A stretch of 64,000 bases of DNA from Macrostomum lignano (taxonomy: Eukaryota): assembly GCA_002269645.1 (NCBI GenBank), contig NIVC01000907.1:248001-312000 (forward strand), read 5' to 3'. Below, one piece after another: positions 39,501-51,500 of the stretch. The position numbers were made by a program, and so were the translations under genes. Below the pieces are notes generated by a model. The model saw only the letters and a program-made list of their open reading frames with translations, ran no database searches and was not told the origin of the DNA. The first letter of the stretch is position 1. Every line of letters starts with the position of its first letter.

Positions 39501-42500
39501 CCGAATCTGAATGCACCTCAATATGAGCAACAAAAACTCTACCCCGTCATTACTTGTAACTCTCAACAGTTTCGACTGGTGGAGATTAAAAAATGCGAGA
39601 TGATCTTGAAAAAAATATTTTCCACAACACAAAGAAAATTAAGCGCTATAACAGCCACTGTAAATTTTTCGACTACAGCAATATGATTCTAGGATCTGTG
39701 TCTGTTCTATCTGGATCTGCTGCGGCTGTCTCAACGTTGCCAGTCATCACAGCCCCAATCGCAATCCCACTCGGCTCTGTGGGTGCTGCATGTGGACTTA
39801 TTTCAGCAATTACTGGAGCATTAGGGCGAAACAGGCGAAAAAAACTAAAGCAGCTACAGGAGAAGCAAGTAAAAGAGAAAGGGGTGCACACTTCAATCAT
39901 AGGGTACATTTCAAGGGCAATCGAGGATAAGTTCATTTCAGAGGATGAGTTCAAAACCATTCAGGATCTTTATGAACAAACAATTCGAATGAACTTGAAC
40001 ATGGTCGGTACTGATGACATGAGTCAGCTGAGAAATGAACTCGAGAAAGTTCTTCAACATTATGTGGAAAGAAAGTCGGCAAGAAATTCACAATGAACCC
40101 TTATGAAACACAGGTACGAATAATTTCCTTGTAGGTCTTTCGTGTTTTGGTCATTGCATACAAAACAGTCATGCACAGCTCACCGCAAATATCACTGCTA
40201 AGACCTTGGAGAATAAAGTCTGAGCGATAAATTTTTTTATTATTTTTTCCCTTCATATAATTTCTTAGCTCTTCTGGTACTGCCGTCCCATAGCTATCGA
40301 AGTAGTAACACTTGTGCTTGCGATCGGGATCAATCACCCAGCAAACCCAATGAGATCCTGGTTTATCGGTGGTGTCAAAATTCATGATGCCGCATTCTTT
40401 TCTTAGAGGAAAATCAGGCAGAGTGTCCCTCATAAATATTCCTCTAAAGTTTGGGATTTCCAGTTCGTTAGCCAAATCTTCAAGAAAGTTATTTGTTGTC
40501 ATTTTTTATGAGGTTTATTAAACTTTCTCTTAAACCTAAACCTAATCTCAACCTCCTAAACCCAATCTCCTAAACCTAATCTCCAGTGCCCGAACGGTAG
40601 ACTGTTAATATTGTCATCAAAAATGAATCTTTTATTATCTGCACCTGACAGTCCAATCTTTTTTGCTGAATTGTGTGAATAATATGGTTTTTGGATTGTA
40701 GCTTTGAGAACTCATGTGATGTCTTTTTGTTGCAATTCAAGGCGTCTCTGTATTCAGCTTCATTAATTTCCTTCCTAACCACGCGTTTTGGAATTCCCTT
40801 TGATTTTTTAATTGGGTCTGACGACTCACATTTTACAAAATAGGACTTTGCTCTCGACCCAATGAATTCAGTGATTATGTCACCAGCAATCTCGTCCTTC
40901 ATTTTCCCAATCACTTTCTTGTTAGTGGCGTCAAACACTTGATCGCCATTCTGTGTCCTGAAAGATTCATCATACTCAGACAAGTCAAACAAATCTTTTT
41001 GCTGCAGCATGTCCTGATAAATGTCTTCTGTTTGAATGTCCATAATAAAACTGTCTGTGTCAGTGTACAAGAGTTTCATTTTATCCTTGTACTGCTGCTT
41101 CATGCCATAGAAGAACTGGTACATCAGACGTTTTGATTCGTCGAGAACAGTGACACCTGTATAGATCGGCTTGCGCAGCGTCACCTTGGTTTTGTAAAAT
41201 ATGATCACACCTAAGTAGCTATTAAAGATATGGAGTTCTTTGAATGTTGGCTTTGACATATTTGCCTGAATAACAGCAGGCTCTGATGAGGTAACAAGTT
41301 TCAGGTTTGTTCTTTTCCGCTCATTTTCAAGAGTCTTGCCATAGACAGAGTTGTTGGCCAACTTAAAGAGGTTCTTGTCAAAGTCGTTGGTTGCTTTGGT
41401 CCTAAACTGGGTGTTCTTATCAATGTAGGGTTTCATCCACGCTTCCTCTGTAAATGTAAGAGCCCTGTGAACTTTGGTGACCCTGCAACCAAGTGAGATA
41501 AAATACTGAAGCAGTTTGTAATGGATTTTGTAACGTGTCTTGTTGTTTAGATTCTGTGTTAGTTTCTCTGTATGTTCTTTTTCTGTTCCTGACAGGTGCC
41601 AAGTTCCATTATTATCATTGGGAGTTTCGATTATTTTCGGGCACTTGATGTTCTCTGGGAAGGGTGGAAAGTCAGAGAAATAGTCGTGAAGCTCTGGTGG
41701 AATGTAAACATCAACCTCATAAATGGCAGCCAATGAAAAGTCCCATTTGAATTCTGATGAGGGTAGCCATCGAAAATCTCTAACTGGAAGATCTTGACTC
41801 ATCGCCCACCCGTAGAGATTATTAGCGTCCAAGTAAGTAATGTAGTTTGAGGGCTGCTCCTTATTGTAAGATTCAATGTAGGGATTGTTTGCTTTTGCAT
41901 ACCTGTTAACGCAAATTGAGATCCCCCTCGCTTTGACGATTCGACAAAATTGTACATGTCAATGTCTGTAAGAAGTTCAATGTACCAATCTGGATCTTGA
42001 TCCCATTTCATTTTAAGCAAAGATTCCCAGCTAGTGGCAGGCAGAGACACATAATGTGCTGGATCGAGGCCATATGCTGTGTACCAGGTGTATCTGAAGG
42101 TTTCAAACACATCGGCCAGCAGAAACACATCTGTGTAGAGGTAAAGCAGGTGATACTGGAAGAAGTTTTGACAATTAAAGTAATTATAGACATGCTTCGC
42201 GTGCTCATAGTCTTTGTCAGAGATTCCAGAGTCTGTTAGCTTTGAAAAGAACTTCTCCTGTGGTGGTAAACCTTCTTCAAATACGTGATAACCAGTAATA
42301 TTCTCATAGGGGTAGAAGCCTTTCTTTCTTAAAAGTTTAAATGATTCATCAGTTCTTGCAAATATCTTTGTATATGTACATTGTTCATCTTTTAGATTCT
42401 TGCTTAGTTCGTCTAGACTGGCAGCTAGAAATTGATATGAATCCTTCAGTCTTATTTTACCTTTACTGTTACCCGAATTATCCTGTTTAATATCAACACA

Positions 42501-45500
42501 CTTAAACTTCTCCTTGTTCTCTGCGATGCAGTCAAGGTGTATGTCTGAATCATGCCGATTTTTTCAACTATTAAATGCATGTCATAGTTCTTTGCGTTGT
42601 GACAAAATATCGTTAGATCATGAATGTTCGATTTTAGCTTTAGATTACAGGTGTTATGCGCTGCACCTCTAAATTTCCCAGTAAAGTGACAGTGGTCCCT
42701 AACGGTGGGGTTTTTAATATCAGTGCAAGTTAACTGTTTCCTGCAGATGTGGCAATGAGTTGCTGATAGGAAATTGCTTTCATCCTCCTCAGTCATCATT
42801 ATTGGAACAGGTTGAAGAGTGCTAATCACTCTTTGCAACTCTAACATTCTGGCAATAAACTGCTCCACACACTGCTCTCCAAAGAAATAATTATACTCAA
42901 CAAGTCCTTTTGTATTAATAAAGGCATATGCTACTGAATTGGGGACATGTCTTTGAGTTTGTTTTTGAGTTTGAGTTTGAGTTTTTTTGAGTCTCTGGCA
43001 TGATTGAGCATTCGAAATCAGCATATACAACAAATGGGAGCTTCTCCATCTTGTGATAGTTCTTAAAACGGAGATACTTCTCTTCAGCTGAAGGAAGAGA
43101 GCAATTGGTCGGGTGATCCTCGCATGATAATTCATGCTCTGATAGTTTTTCAAGACGCTCAGGTCCACTGTAATGCTTAAGGCACAAGCGGCAGATGGCA
43201 ACAGCCTCGTGATGATTATTCAACTGCTTGTGAATGAGTCTTGAAAGATCTTTAATCCAAACATAGTGAGCCTCCTCTAGTAAATTACCAATCACTAGAA
43301 GATCCACTTCAGTCCGCCTTTTCCCCTCAGGATCTAAAACGTCTTTGCTACATCTGACCGGTTGAACTTTCTCAGTTTTTTCACTCCACTCAAAGACTGT
43401 GATTCTAATTTTGTTATTAAACACTTCTTCTAGCTTTGGGATCTGAGAGATCGCCAAGCCTCCTTTGTCAAACCTGATTCCCTTCTTTTCGCATTCAATG
43501 AGATAGTGCTTGAAATAATTTTGATAATTTGAGGTTCTTTCGGGGTTGTGAGAGACACTATCATGATGAAGTGCAGAAAGAACTGCCCATAGAGCACAGC
43601 AGTTGTCTTTATTTTTAACATTTATGCAAGCTTTTTTTGCCGGCTAGCTTATGCGGGAGATCTATATAAGAGGAGGCTTTAAGTGGGTCATATTTCATGA
43701 CCATAACAGTCGCTCTTTGAATCCCTCCCACGACCCATCCGGAACCTCTGGACGTAAACGCTTCAATTTTCTTAGTGACATCTTGAAGGAAAGGATCCAG
43801 TGTGTCTGTAGGGGTGAATGGCTTTGCCTTTGTTGTCATGTAATACTCGAGATGTTCAGTGGGTTTCGCAGGCATATAAAACGCAATCTTGAATGATATC
43901 TGTAGTTTAAAGGTCTTGCGTGTTTTGAGTGTGTGATCAACAACTGATTGGATGCTGTCTTTATAGTCGTAGATGTTTGCGGTGGTGCCGTTTATTGGGA
44001 TTGTGTACTCTATGTAATGTTCTGTAAACTTCCTCTGTGCAAAATTAATCTCTTCAGTGGCAAGCTCCGACTCTTTTAAATGGATTAATTGCTCTAATTT
44101 CTCTTGTTCCTGCTTATTTTGTGGGTACTTTGCTTTTTCACCAGTGAGAGTTTCATATTTGTTAACTAAGTTGCGACTCCTCTCTTGGTGTTCCTTTGCA
44201 GGATTTTGTATAGGCGCATACTGGTTGGATTCTAATTGTTTTATGATTTCCAACTGTTTTTCATAGCTTCCCAGGTAACCAGGGTCGGTGTTAAACTTTT
44301 GTTTACATGCTTCTCTTAGTAAATTACTTTTGTCTTGAAATGAGACGCCTTTTGAAAAATATTTGTTGACTAAATCTTTTGCTGGATTGGCTTTGGGCAT
44401 TTTTTTCTCTAAAATATAAAAAAATTTTGAGGGTTACCACCCTGATAGAAAAGTTGAACTGTTTCTACATCCTATCAGTAGCTTTAGGTTTATGATGCTG
44501 GATAAAGTGGGGGTTTAAACCTCATCACATCCGCATTATTGTAAACCCAGCATTGTGCAGTGTCATGATGGCTTTGACAATGTCGGACTTGCTTACAGAA
44601 TTTTGATGCTCACAATCATCATGATCATCACAATCATCAAAATCACGGCAGCCCTCTCCTGCCTTAATTGTTATACCTTTGTCTCTTGCAATCTTTTGTA
44701 ATTCTAGCTGGTGGGCTCTATCATTCCCAGCTTTAACAGCAGTTGCTACACCTCCAGCTACACCACCTGCGGCACTTACGGCACCTGCAATGATTGGGAT
44801 AAGAGCTGCTAATGGTAGGATTCCTCCTGACTTTTCATTTGTGATGCTGTGTCTTTGTTCATTACATTGAACTATTTGCTGCACGGGATCGATTTTTACT
44901 TTGGCACCTTTAATTGATATAAGACCTGGTTTCTTTGATTCAATGATTTTATTGAGTTTATTGATGGTTCTGGTTTCAATCTTTGTCATTTTTTATTTTA
45001 ATATTTTAATTAATTTCTGTGTCAGCTGGTATCACTAGGAGTTCAGCTCTAGTGAATGACCGCGTGGGGGATTTAGGGTTAAAGGCCTGAGATAAAAAGT
45101 AATACTCTCCAGAGTCAGAGGTAAAATGTCTGTCTATTTTATGTACATCAAGGCTGAAGTATGGATCTGTAGCTCTTCTTTTGGTGTCTTTCTCTAGCTC
45201 TCCAGGTAGATATAAAAAGCGTAGAAACTCAGAGTTTGTCAGTATGTATGGTGATTCAACTCTTGGAAGCTTAGGGTAGTTCGAGGTGTGTTTTGTGTTG
45301 TGCGTGTTGTGTGTGTTGTGCTTGTTGTCTGTTCTATGAGATGCCTTAAGTTTGACAGTGTCTTGTTTAATTGCATGGGACGGTTTCAAACCAGTCATAC
45401 GTGTGACTTCATTGTTCAGTTGCTCTATAACAGTAGGGAGTCTTTCTGTCCACTTGGTATAGTATTGCCCCGCACTCAGTTTGAGTTCTTGCGCTGTCTG

Positions 45501-48500
45501 CTTAGTGAATAGTCTCTTGGCTAGAGTTAAATTAAATCTCTCAACGTACGCTTGGTCCCTGTGCAGGTCTGTTCTTCCGTAGCGAATCTTAGTATTTTTC
45601 TTTTCCATAAGGGATTTGACTGCACCCATGAATTCCTTACCCGGGTCGGTCATAAAGATTTCAGGGTAACTAAGGGGCGAGTTTTTATAAATATCTTGGA
45701 GTGCGGCTGCAACTGCTTCTGATTGTTTAGTCTTTAGTGGGCGAGCTTCCTTATATCTGGAGGCAATGTCTGTAATTGTGAGAGCATACTTGTAGCCTGA
45801 GTCATTGGGGAGAAACAGAAGATCTGCTTGGTGCGCCTCATTAGGTTTATAAATACTGAAATGGGGCCTTTCAAATTTTACTGGTGGGAAATAGACTTGA
45901 AAGACAGCCTGCTTAGAGAGCCATTTTTCTACTGTAGCTTTTGGCTCTTTACTCAGCTCCATGAGTTTACTAACGGCATTTTTGCCTACAAAGAATCCTT
46001 TGTCGCTGTAGTAGAGTTTTTTAAGTTTCTGATCTGTCATTTTTTAAAAATAAATTTTTAAATAATATAATGCAACGCTCTGGTGGTAAAATAGATTCAC
46101 ATGGACTGATAGAAAAGCTTCCTCATCCAAACAAAGGCTGGACAGTTCCCGGGTACAAATATTGCGGGCCTTTGAATCCACTTGAAATACAGCTGGATGG
46201 ATACAACAACCCAAATCCTGGACATGAGCCTGTGAACGAGCTAGACTCTGTCTGCATGTGGCACGATGTTAAGTATAGAGATTTTCCAGAGGAGAAGAAT
46301 CGCTGGGACAAAGAAATGCTTAGGAGATTAGACAATATGGGGACTTCAAGCGGATTTCGTGAGTCGATTGCTAGGAAATTAGTCAAGGCGGTTATTTTTG
46401 GTAAGACAAAATTGGGGTTGGGGATGTACGCCGAGGGCGGGTGTTTGGGAAGAGAGGGTGGGTGCACGGGGAGAGAGGGCGGACGCTCGGGAGTAGGGTT
46501 TATTTTGCACGCACCAAGTGAAGTACTAGGAAACTGCTGAAAGAGCTGGGGTTGAGAGAGACGCTTGAGTCGGAAAAGATTATTCGCAGCCAAGCGCAAC
46601 AGCCGCATTTTGAAAAGGGGTGGGGTAACTGCTATTTGCTGAGGGAGCGCAGCTTTTGCTAATGTACAAGTTCCACGCGTGCTTTCCTTCTCTTTCCTTT
46701 CTTTACCTTTGTATTGCACGCACCAAATAAAGAATTAGAAAGACTGCTGAATAGTTTACATTGATAAACAACTGAAGGACTGAAGCGACAGATTATAGTC
46801 GCTATATAGTTTATTAGTTTATTATAGTTTTTTCATGTGGTAAGCAACGTGGCAACAACAAAGCATGCAGCAGAAGACAGAATGCCTATCGTAGGTAAAT
46901 AATAATAATAATTGATTACACAGATGTGCAACCGACAGCTCAGCCGCAGCTATTGCGCAGCTCATCCGAAAGCTGCGTACGGCTGTTCAGTCCAAGGACT
47001 GGGGGGGGGGGTCGCCACACACCCTCAATTACCCCAGCTAATGCTGGCACCCATTTTACAGCTGGGTGAACTGAAGCAATGCGGAGTAAAGTGCCTTGCT
47101 CAAAGACACAGATTGTTGCAGTGGGATCGGGAATCGAACCCCCCAACCTTCATTCAAGTCGTGAGTCCGACGCCCTAACCACTAGGCTACAATCCCGTAG
47201 GTGCAGGGTCTAAACTATGCAACAATATAAAAGGTTTCTGGGTGAGCGCCTGCTTTTTCTCCAGCCCTTCTCTCACCCGTCTTGCCCCACCGCCTCTCAT
47301 TCCAAACCTGTCCTCTGGGCGCCTCTCTCTCTCTTCGCAACTAGCTCTACGCTCTCCTAGTCAAACAGCCACCTCAGAAAATGAAACCGCTGGTTTCAAA
47401 TTTTGAGGTGGGTGATCTGAGTTCTGCACTGCTTCTCTCGGCAACTAGCTCTACGCTCTCCCGAGCTCATTCTATTTTTAGTCAAACATAACACTAGCGA
47501 TCTCGCGCTGGGGGGTAGAGGGGCGCCTGGGAATTTTGAGTCTCCCGTTGTACTGAAATCTCCTTCCCCTTGAGCTCCTCTCCCTTTCCCTTCCCCAGCA
47601 GTCCGGGCCAGAGCACTGGGCTCTCTTTGCACAGGGGCGCCACCTCAGAAAATGAAACCGCTGGTTTCAAATTTTGAGGTGGGTGATCTGAGTTCTGCAC
47701 TGCTTCTCTAGCCTCCGCAACTAGCTCTACGCTCTCCCGAGCTTAGTCAAACAGCCACCTCAGAAAATGAAACCGCTGGTTTCAAATTTTGAGGTGGGTC
47801 TACACTGCTTCGCTATCCAGCTCTCACCCGCCCTGCCACTCACTGCATGCAGTCCGCGCATTCCGCCATAAGTCCCCTCTTCTCTCTCCACCCACCCTCC
47901 CTCTGCAATTCACTTCTGTGCAGTGCAGCGCCAAAGCCAAAAAAGAGAATTGCAGAGGGTTGAGGGTTGAGCCGAGCGGGAGGGGGTCTTTCTTTTCCTA
48001 ACCTCCGCAACTAGCGGCTCCGTTTTCTTCTACATTCTCCCGAGCTTAGTCAAACAACCACCTCAGAAAATGAAACCACTGGTTTCAAATTTTGAGGTGG
48101 GTGATCTCTTCTACGCTCTCCCAACGCATTGTATGGGTTTTATTTTTTAGAACTTACGTCTACACTCTACAAGGTACAACCTTCTGGGTGATCCCTCCGT
48201 TTTCTTCTACGCTCTCCTAGTCAAACAACCACCTCAGAAAATGAAACCAGTGGTTTCAAAATTTGAGGTTGGTGTCAATATTAGTAATAAAAAACTATCC
48301 AAGGATAACTTGCTATTATTATAGCTTCATGAGTTGCTAAATAAACAATAGATAGGTAATTTAAAAGTTAAAACAACAAGCCTTCGTCCAGTTCCTGTTG
48401 CAGCATCGCAAGGGCCTCTGGCAAGTATGCCATCATCGACTTCAGCTTGTGTAGGGACATTGCAGATCTTCGTAGCACCGGATATTTCTCAGCCTGGTCA

Positions 48501-51500
48501 GCCAATTTCATCAGAAAGTTGGTCCACTGGCTGGTGAACGGTGCACGTCTTTTCAGCTCGTTGAACTGTTCCTTAGTGGAACCCGCTCCATTCTCAGAAA
48601 GATCCTGCCGAGCTGTAGACCGTTTGCAAAGCCATGCTTGCCGTGCCGTTCAAATAGTTTATTGAGGTTGGCAATCTGTACAAGCACCGCGTCGATCGTG
48701 AATGTTCCCTGCTTAAATTCTTCTAGAGAATGCTCTGGCACAGGCTCACCGTTGGTCTTGTAGGCCATGCGCAACTCGTCCAGAGCCTTGCTGATTTGTG
48801 ATTGCTTGTCGGCAGTTTTCGCTAGCCGACCATTGATAGTTGGCTTCACGATGGGTGACCGAGCAATTGCATTATATTAATCGGCCCAAACATTCCAATT
48901 GTCAAGATCTTTACTAGAAAAAACCGCCTTGATGAAGTTCTCCAGATTTTTTATGTAAACGTTGTCGCCTGCTTGCATTTCAGCATCCATGGCAAGATCC
49001 AGAGATTAAGCAAGTCAAAAATAAAAAGTTGCTGGCAAGGCGAGGTGAGGCGGGGAGAGACGGAGCAGGCAGGGTGAGGCGAGGGGCGGTGTGAATCGGC
49101 TGTTTATACGAGCTATACCACACGGAAAGCACATGTGGAGCGCGTGGCATGGGTTTTATTTTTAGAACTTACGTCTACACTCTACAAGGTACTACCTTGT
49201 AGTTGGCAACTACATGCAACTGCCTTATAACTTCAGCAAGAAGTTGATTTAAAGTCTTTGGGATCTGGTTTCGCTTTGCAAATTGAATGTGGGGAGAAGA
49301 ATGCAGATTATTTTCTGATTGTTTCGAACATGCTATGGGTGGATGTCAGTGGATTATGTAGGACACTTGTTATGCTCTGATAATATAGATGGATTTTGGG
49401 GGATAGGTTAGGAGGATTATGGATGACGTTTTCGGAGCTGCTATGCTCAGAATAACAGTAGGACACCGGTTATGCTCTGATTCTGTCGGGGATAATACGG
49501 ATGGATTTAATGGGATTATGTTCGAAGTTTTCGGAGCAAGGGCGACCCCCCTTTTTTTCTGATTCTGTCGGGGATAATATGGATGGATTTAATGGGATTA
49601 TGGAGGACGTGAAAAATTTGCACCAGAAGCCCCCTCATGCATTCTACTCCCTTCTAATCAGAATTTTGTTTTTCTCAGGCCTGCTGCGTGTGGGATCTGC
49701 GTGCCTCCACTCGGCCAGTTGTTATCCTACAGAGCGTCCTTGGCGCCTCCGAGGTCCGCTGGTCGGACTCCAACGAGCACCAGCTGGCTACGTCGCACGA
49801 CCCGGATGTCCGCATCTGGGACCTGCGCAAGGAGCATCCGAACTCCGAGCCGCTGCTCAGACTGCCATTGAAATACCAGACTGCTCACCTGAGCAAAATA
49901 CGCGACTTAGACTGGTCTGGGGACCTGTTACTGACCTGCTCGCAGGATTCCCGAGCCAAACTGTGGGACTCGGAGGCCGAGCCAGCCGGACTGCGAATGC
50001 TGTCCGAGGGTATCACCAACGATATGGCCTTTCATCGGGCGAGATTTGCGCCGTTTCGCGGTGGCTTCGCCGCTGTAACCGGAGCTAACAGGTTCTGTCC
50101 ATTGCTTTCAGCTTTGCAATTTTGGATAGGGGTATAGCGGATGCAACTCCCTTAAAGAGAGCTAAGTTACTATCGATACATATCGGCGGAATCTAGCACT
50201 GTTTAATAAGTTACTATCGATACATATCGGCGACACCTAGCACTGTTTATTAAGTTACTATCGATACATATAGCCGACACCTGGCACTGTTTATTAAGTT
50301 ACTATCGATACATATCGGCGATATCTAGCACTTTTTAGTAAGTTACTATCGATACATATCGGTAGCGTCTAACAGAGCAGTTTTTAATACATGTCAAAGA
50401 TTACCAGCACCGTTTATAAAGTTATTTTCAATGCATATCAAATGCGCAACGTACATTTCCAGACGGGCCGATTCGCTGACACTGTGGACTAACCAAAACA
50501 ACGGCCTCGTCCAGGTGTTCAGCTTCGTCGGCCATCAGGACACCATCTACGGCTTCGACTGGCTGCAAGCGAGCCCCGGCGGCAGCTGCTCGCTGGTCAG
50601 CCTCTCCAGAGACGGCACCCTGCGGCTCTGGCCAATCAACAACAGCCTGTTGCGCCTCTGCGGCTCCCTCTCGGCCGGCGACGACCGCGAAGACGCCGAT
50701 GCCAACGAGGCCGATGCCGCGGAGCCTGGCGACGCCGCCGCTGAACAGCAGCTGGTGGAGGACAGCGAAGACGCTGCCACTGACATCGCGGGCTCGGCCA
50801 CACCGACATCGTCCGCAGTTGCCGCCCCGTCCGCGCCTGCCAGTTTGGACTCTCGCGCCTGCGGCGGCGAGGCCGCGGATGACGGTGCCGATCCGGGACT
50901 GGAGAACGGCGGCGTCACCCGGCCGATGCTCATCTCGGCGCCCAAGTCGGCAGCGCAGCAGAGCGGCGGCGGCGGCTCCGCACAAAAATCTGCGTCGCTG
51001 TCCGGCGTCGGCTTGAGCAGCCCCTCGTCCGCTGCGACCCCGTCTGTGGCGGCTTCGGCCGGAGCCCAGCAGCAGAACTTGCTGCTTCAGCCAGTCAGCC
51101 TGCGGTCCGAGGTTCGACACCTGGCCGAGTCTTTGTCCGACCGGCTGAAACTTGTGCAGCCCGGCGATGGGGCCGCCACTGCGCCTGCCGGCTCTGCGGA
51201 GCTGGACAGCGGCGGCGATGTTGGTAAGCTTGAGACTGTGATCTTCTGGGTGAGATTTTGAGCATCTGTGTGAGATTTTTAGACTTTATGGTCGTCTGTG
51301 TGAGATTTTGAGACTTTAGAATTGTCTTTGTGAGATTTTGAGACTTTAGGATTGTTTTTGTGAGATTTTGAGACTTTAGGGTCATCTTGTGAGATTTTTT
51401 AAGACTTTATGGTCGTCTGTGTGAGATTTTGAGACTTTAGGATTGTCTTTGTGAGATTTTGAGACTTTAAGTCACCTGTGTGAGATTTTGAGACTTTGAG

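Larger units (their letters stand above)
32931..49648. mobile_element. Complete Polinton/Maverick (adintovirus-type endogenous dsDNA virus), 16,718 bp
   Basis: AGTAG...CTACT termini, ~400-bp TIRs, identical 6-bp flanking duplication CCCTTC (32925-32930 and 49649-49654), and pPolB, integrase, ATPase, protease and both capsid genes inside. Confidence 0.97.

Noticed and set aside
40525-40585. Telomere-like TTAGG repeats at the pPolB 3' end
   Set aside because: Only about three degenerate units, partly coding. Not a telomeric array.
46521-46660. Possible frameshifted C-terminal extension of PLA2 ([11 protein letters not shown]...)
   Set aside because: That frame is closed by a TGA just upstream and there is no convincing homopolymer at which to join it.
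46123-46719. 198-aa antisense ORF over PLA2
   Set aside because: No recognisable motif and no A-run start. It overlaps a well-supported gene on the other strand.
47370-48270. CRISPR array interpretation of the palindromes
   Set aside because: Eukaryotic context, no cas genes, spacings of 115-303 bp, and inter-repeat sequences partly repeat each other.
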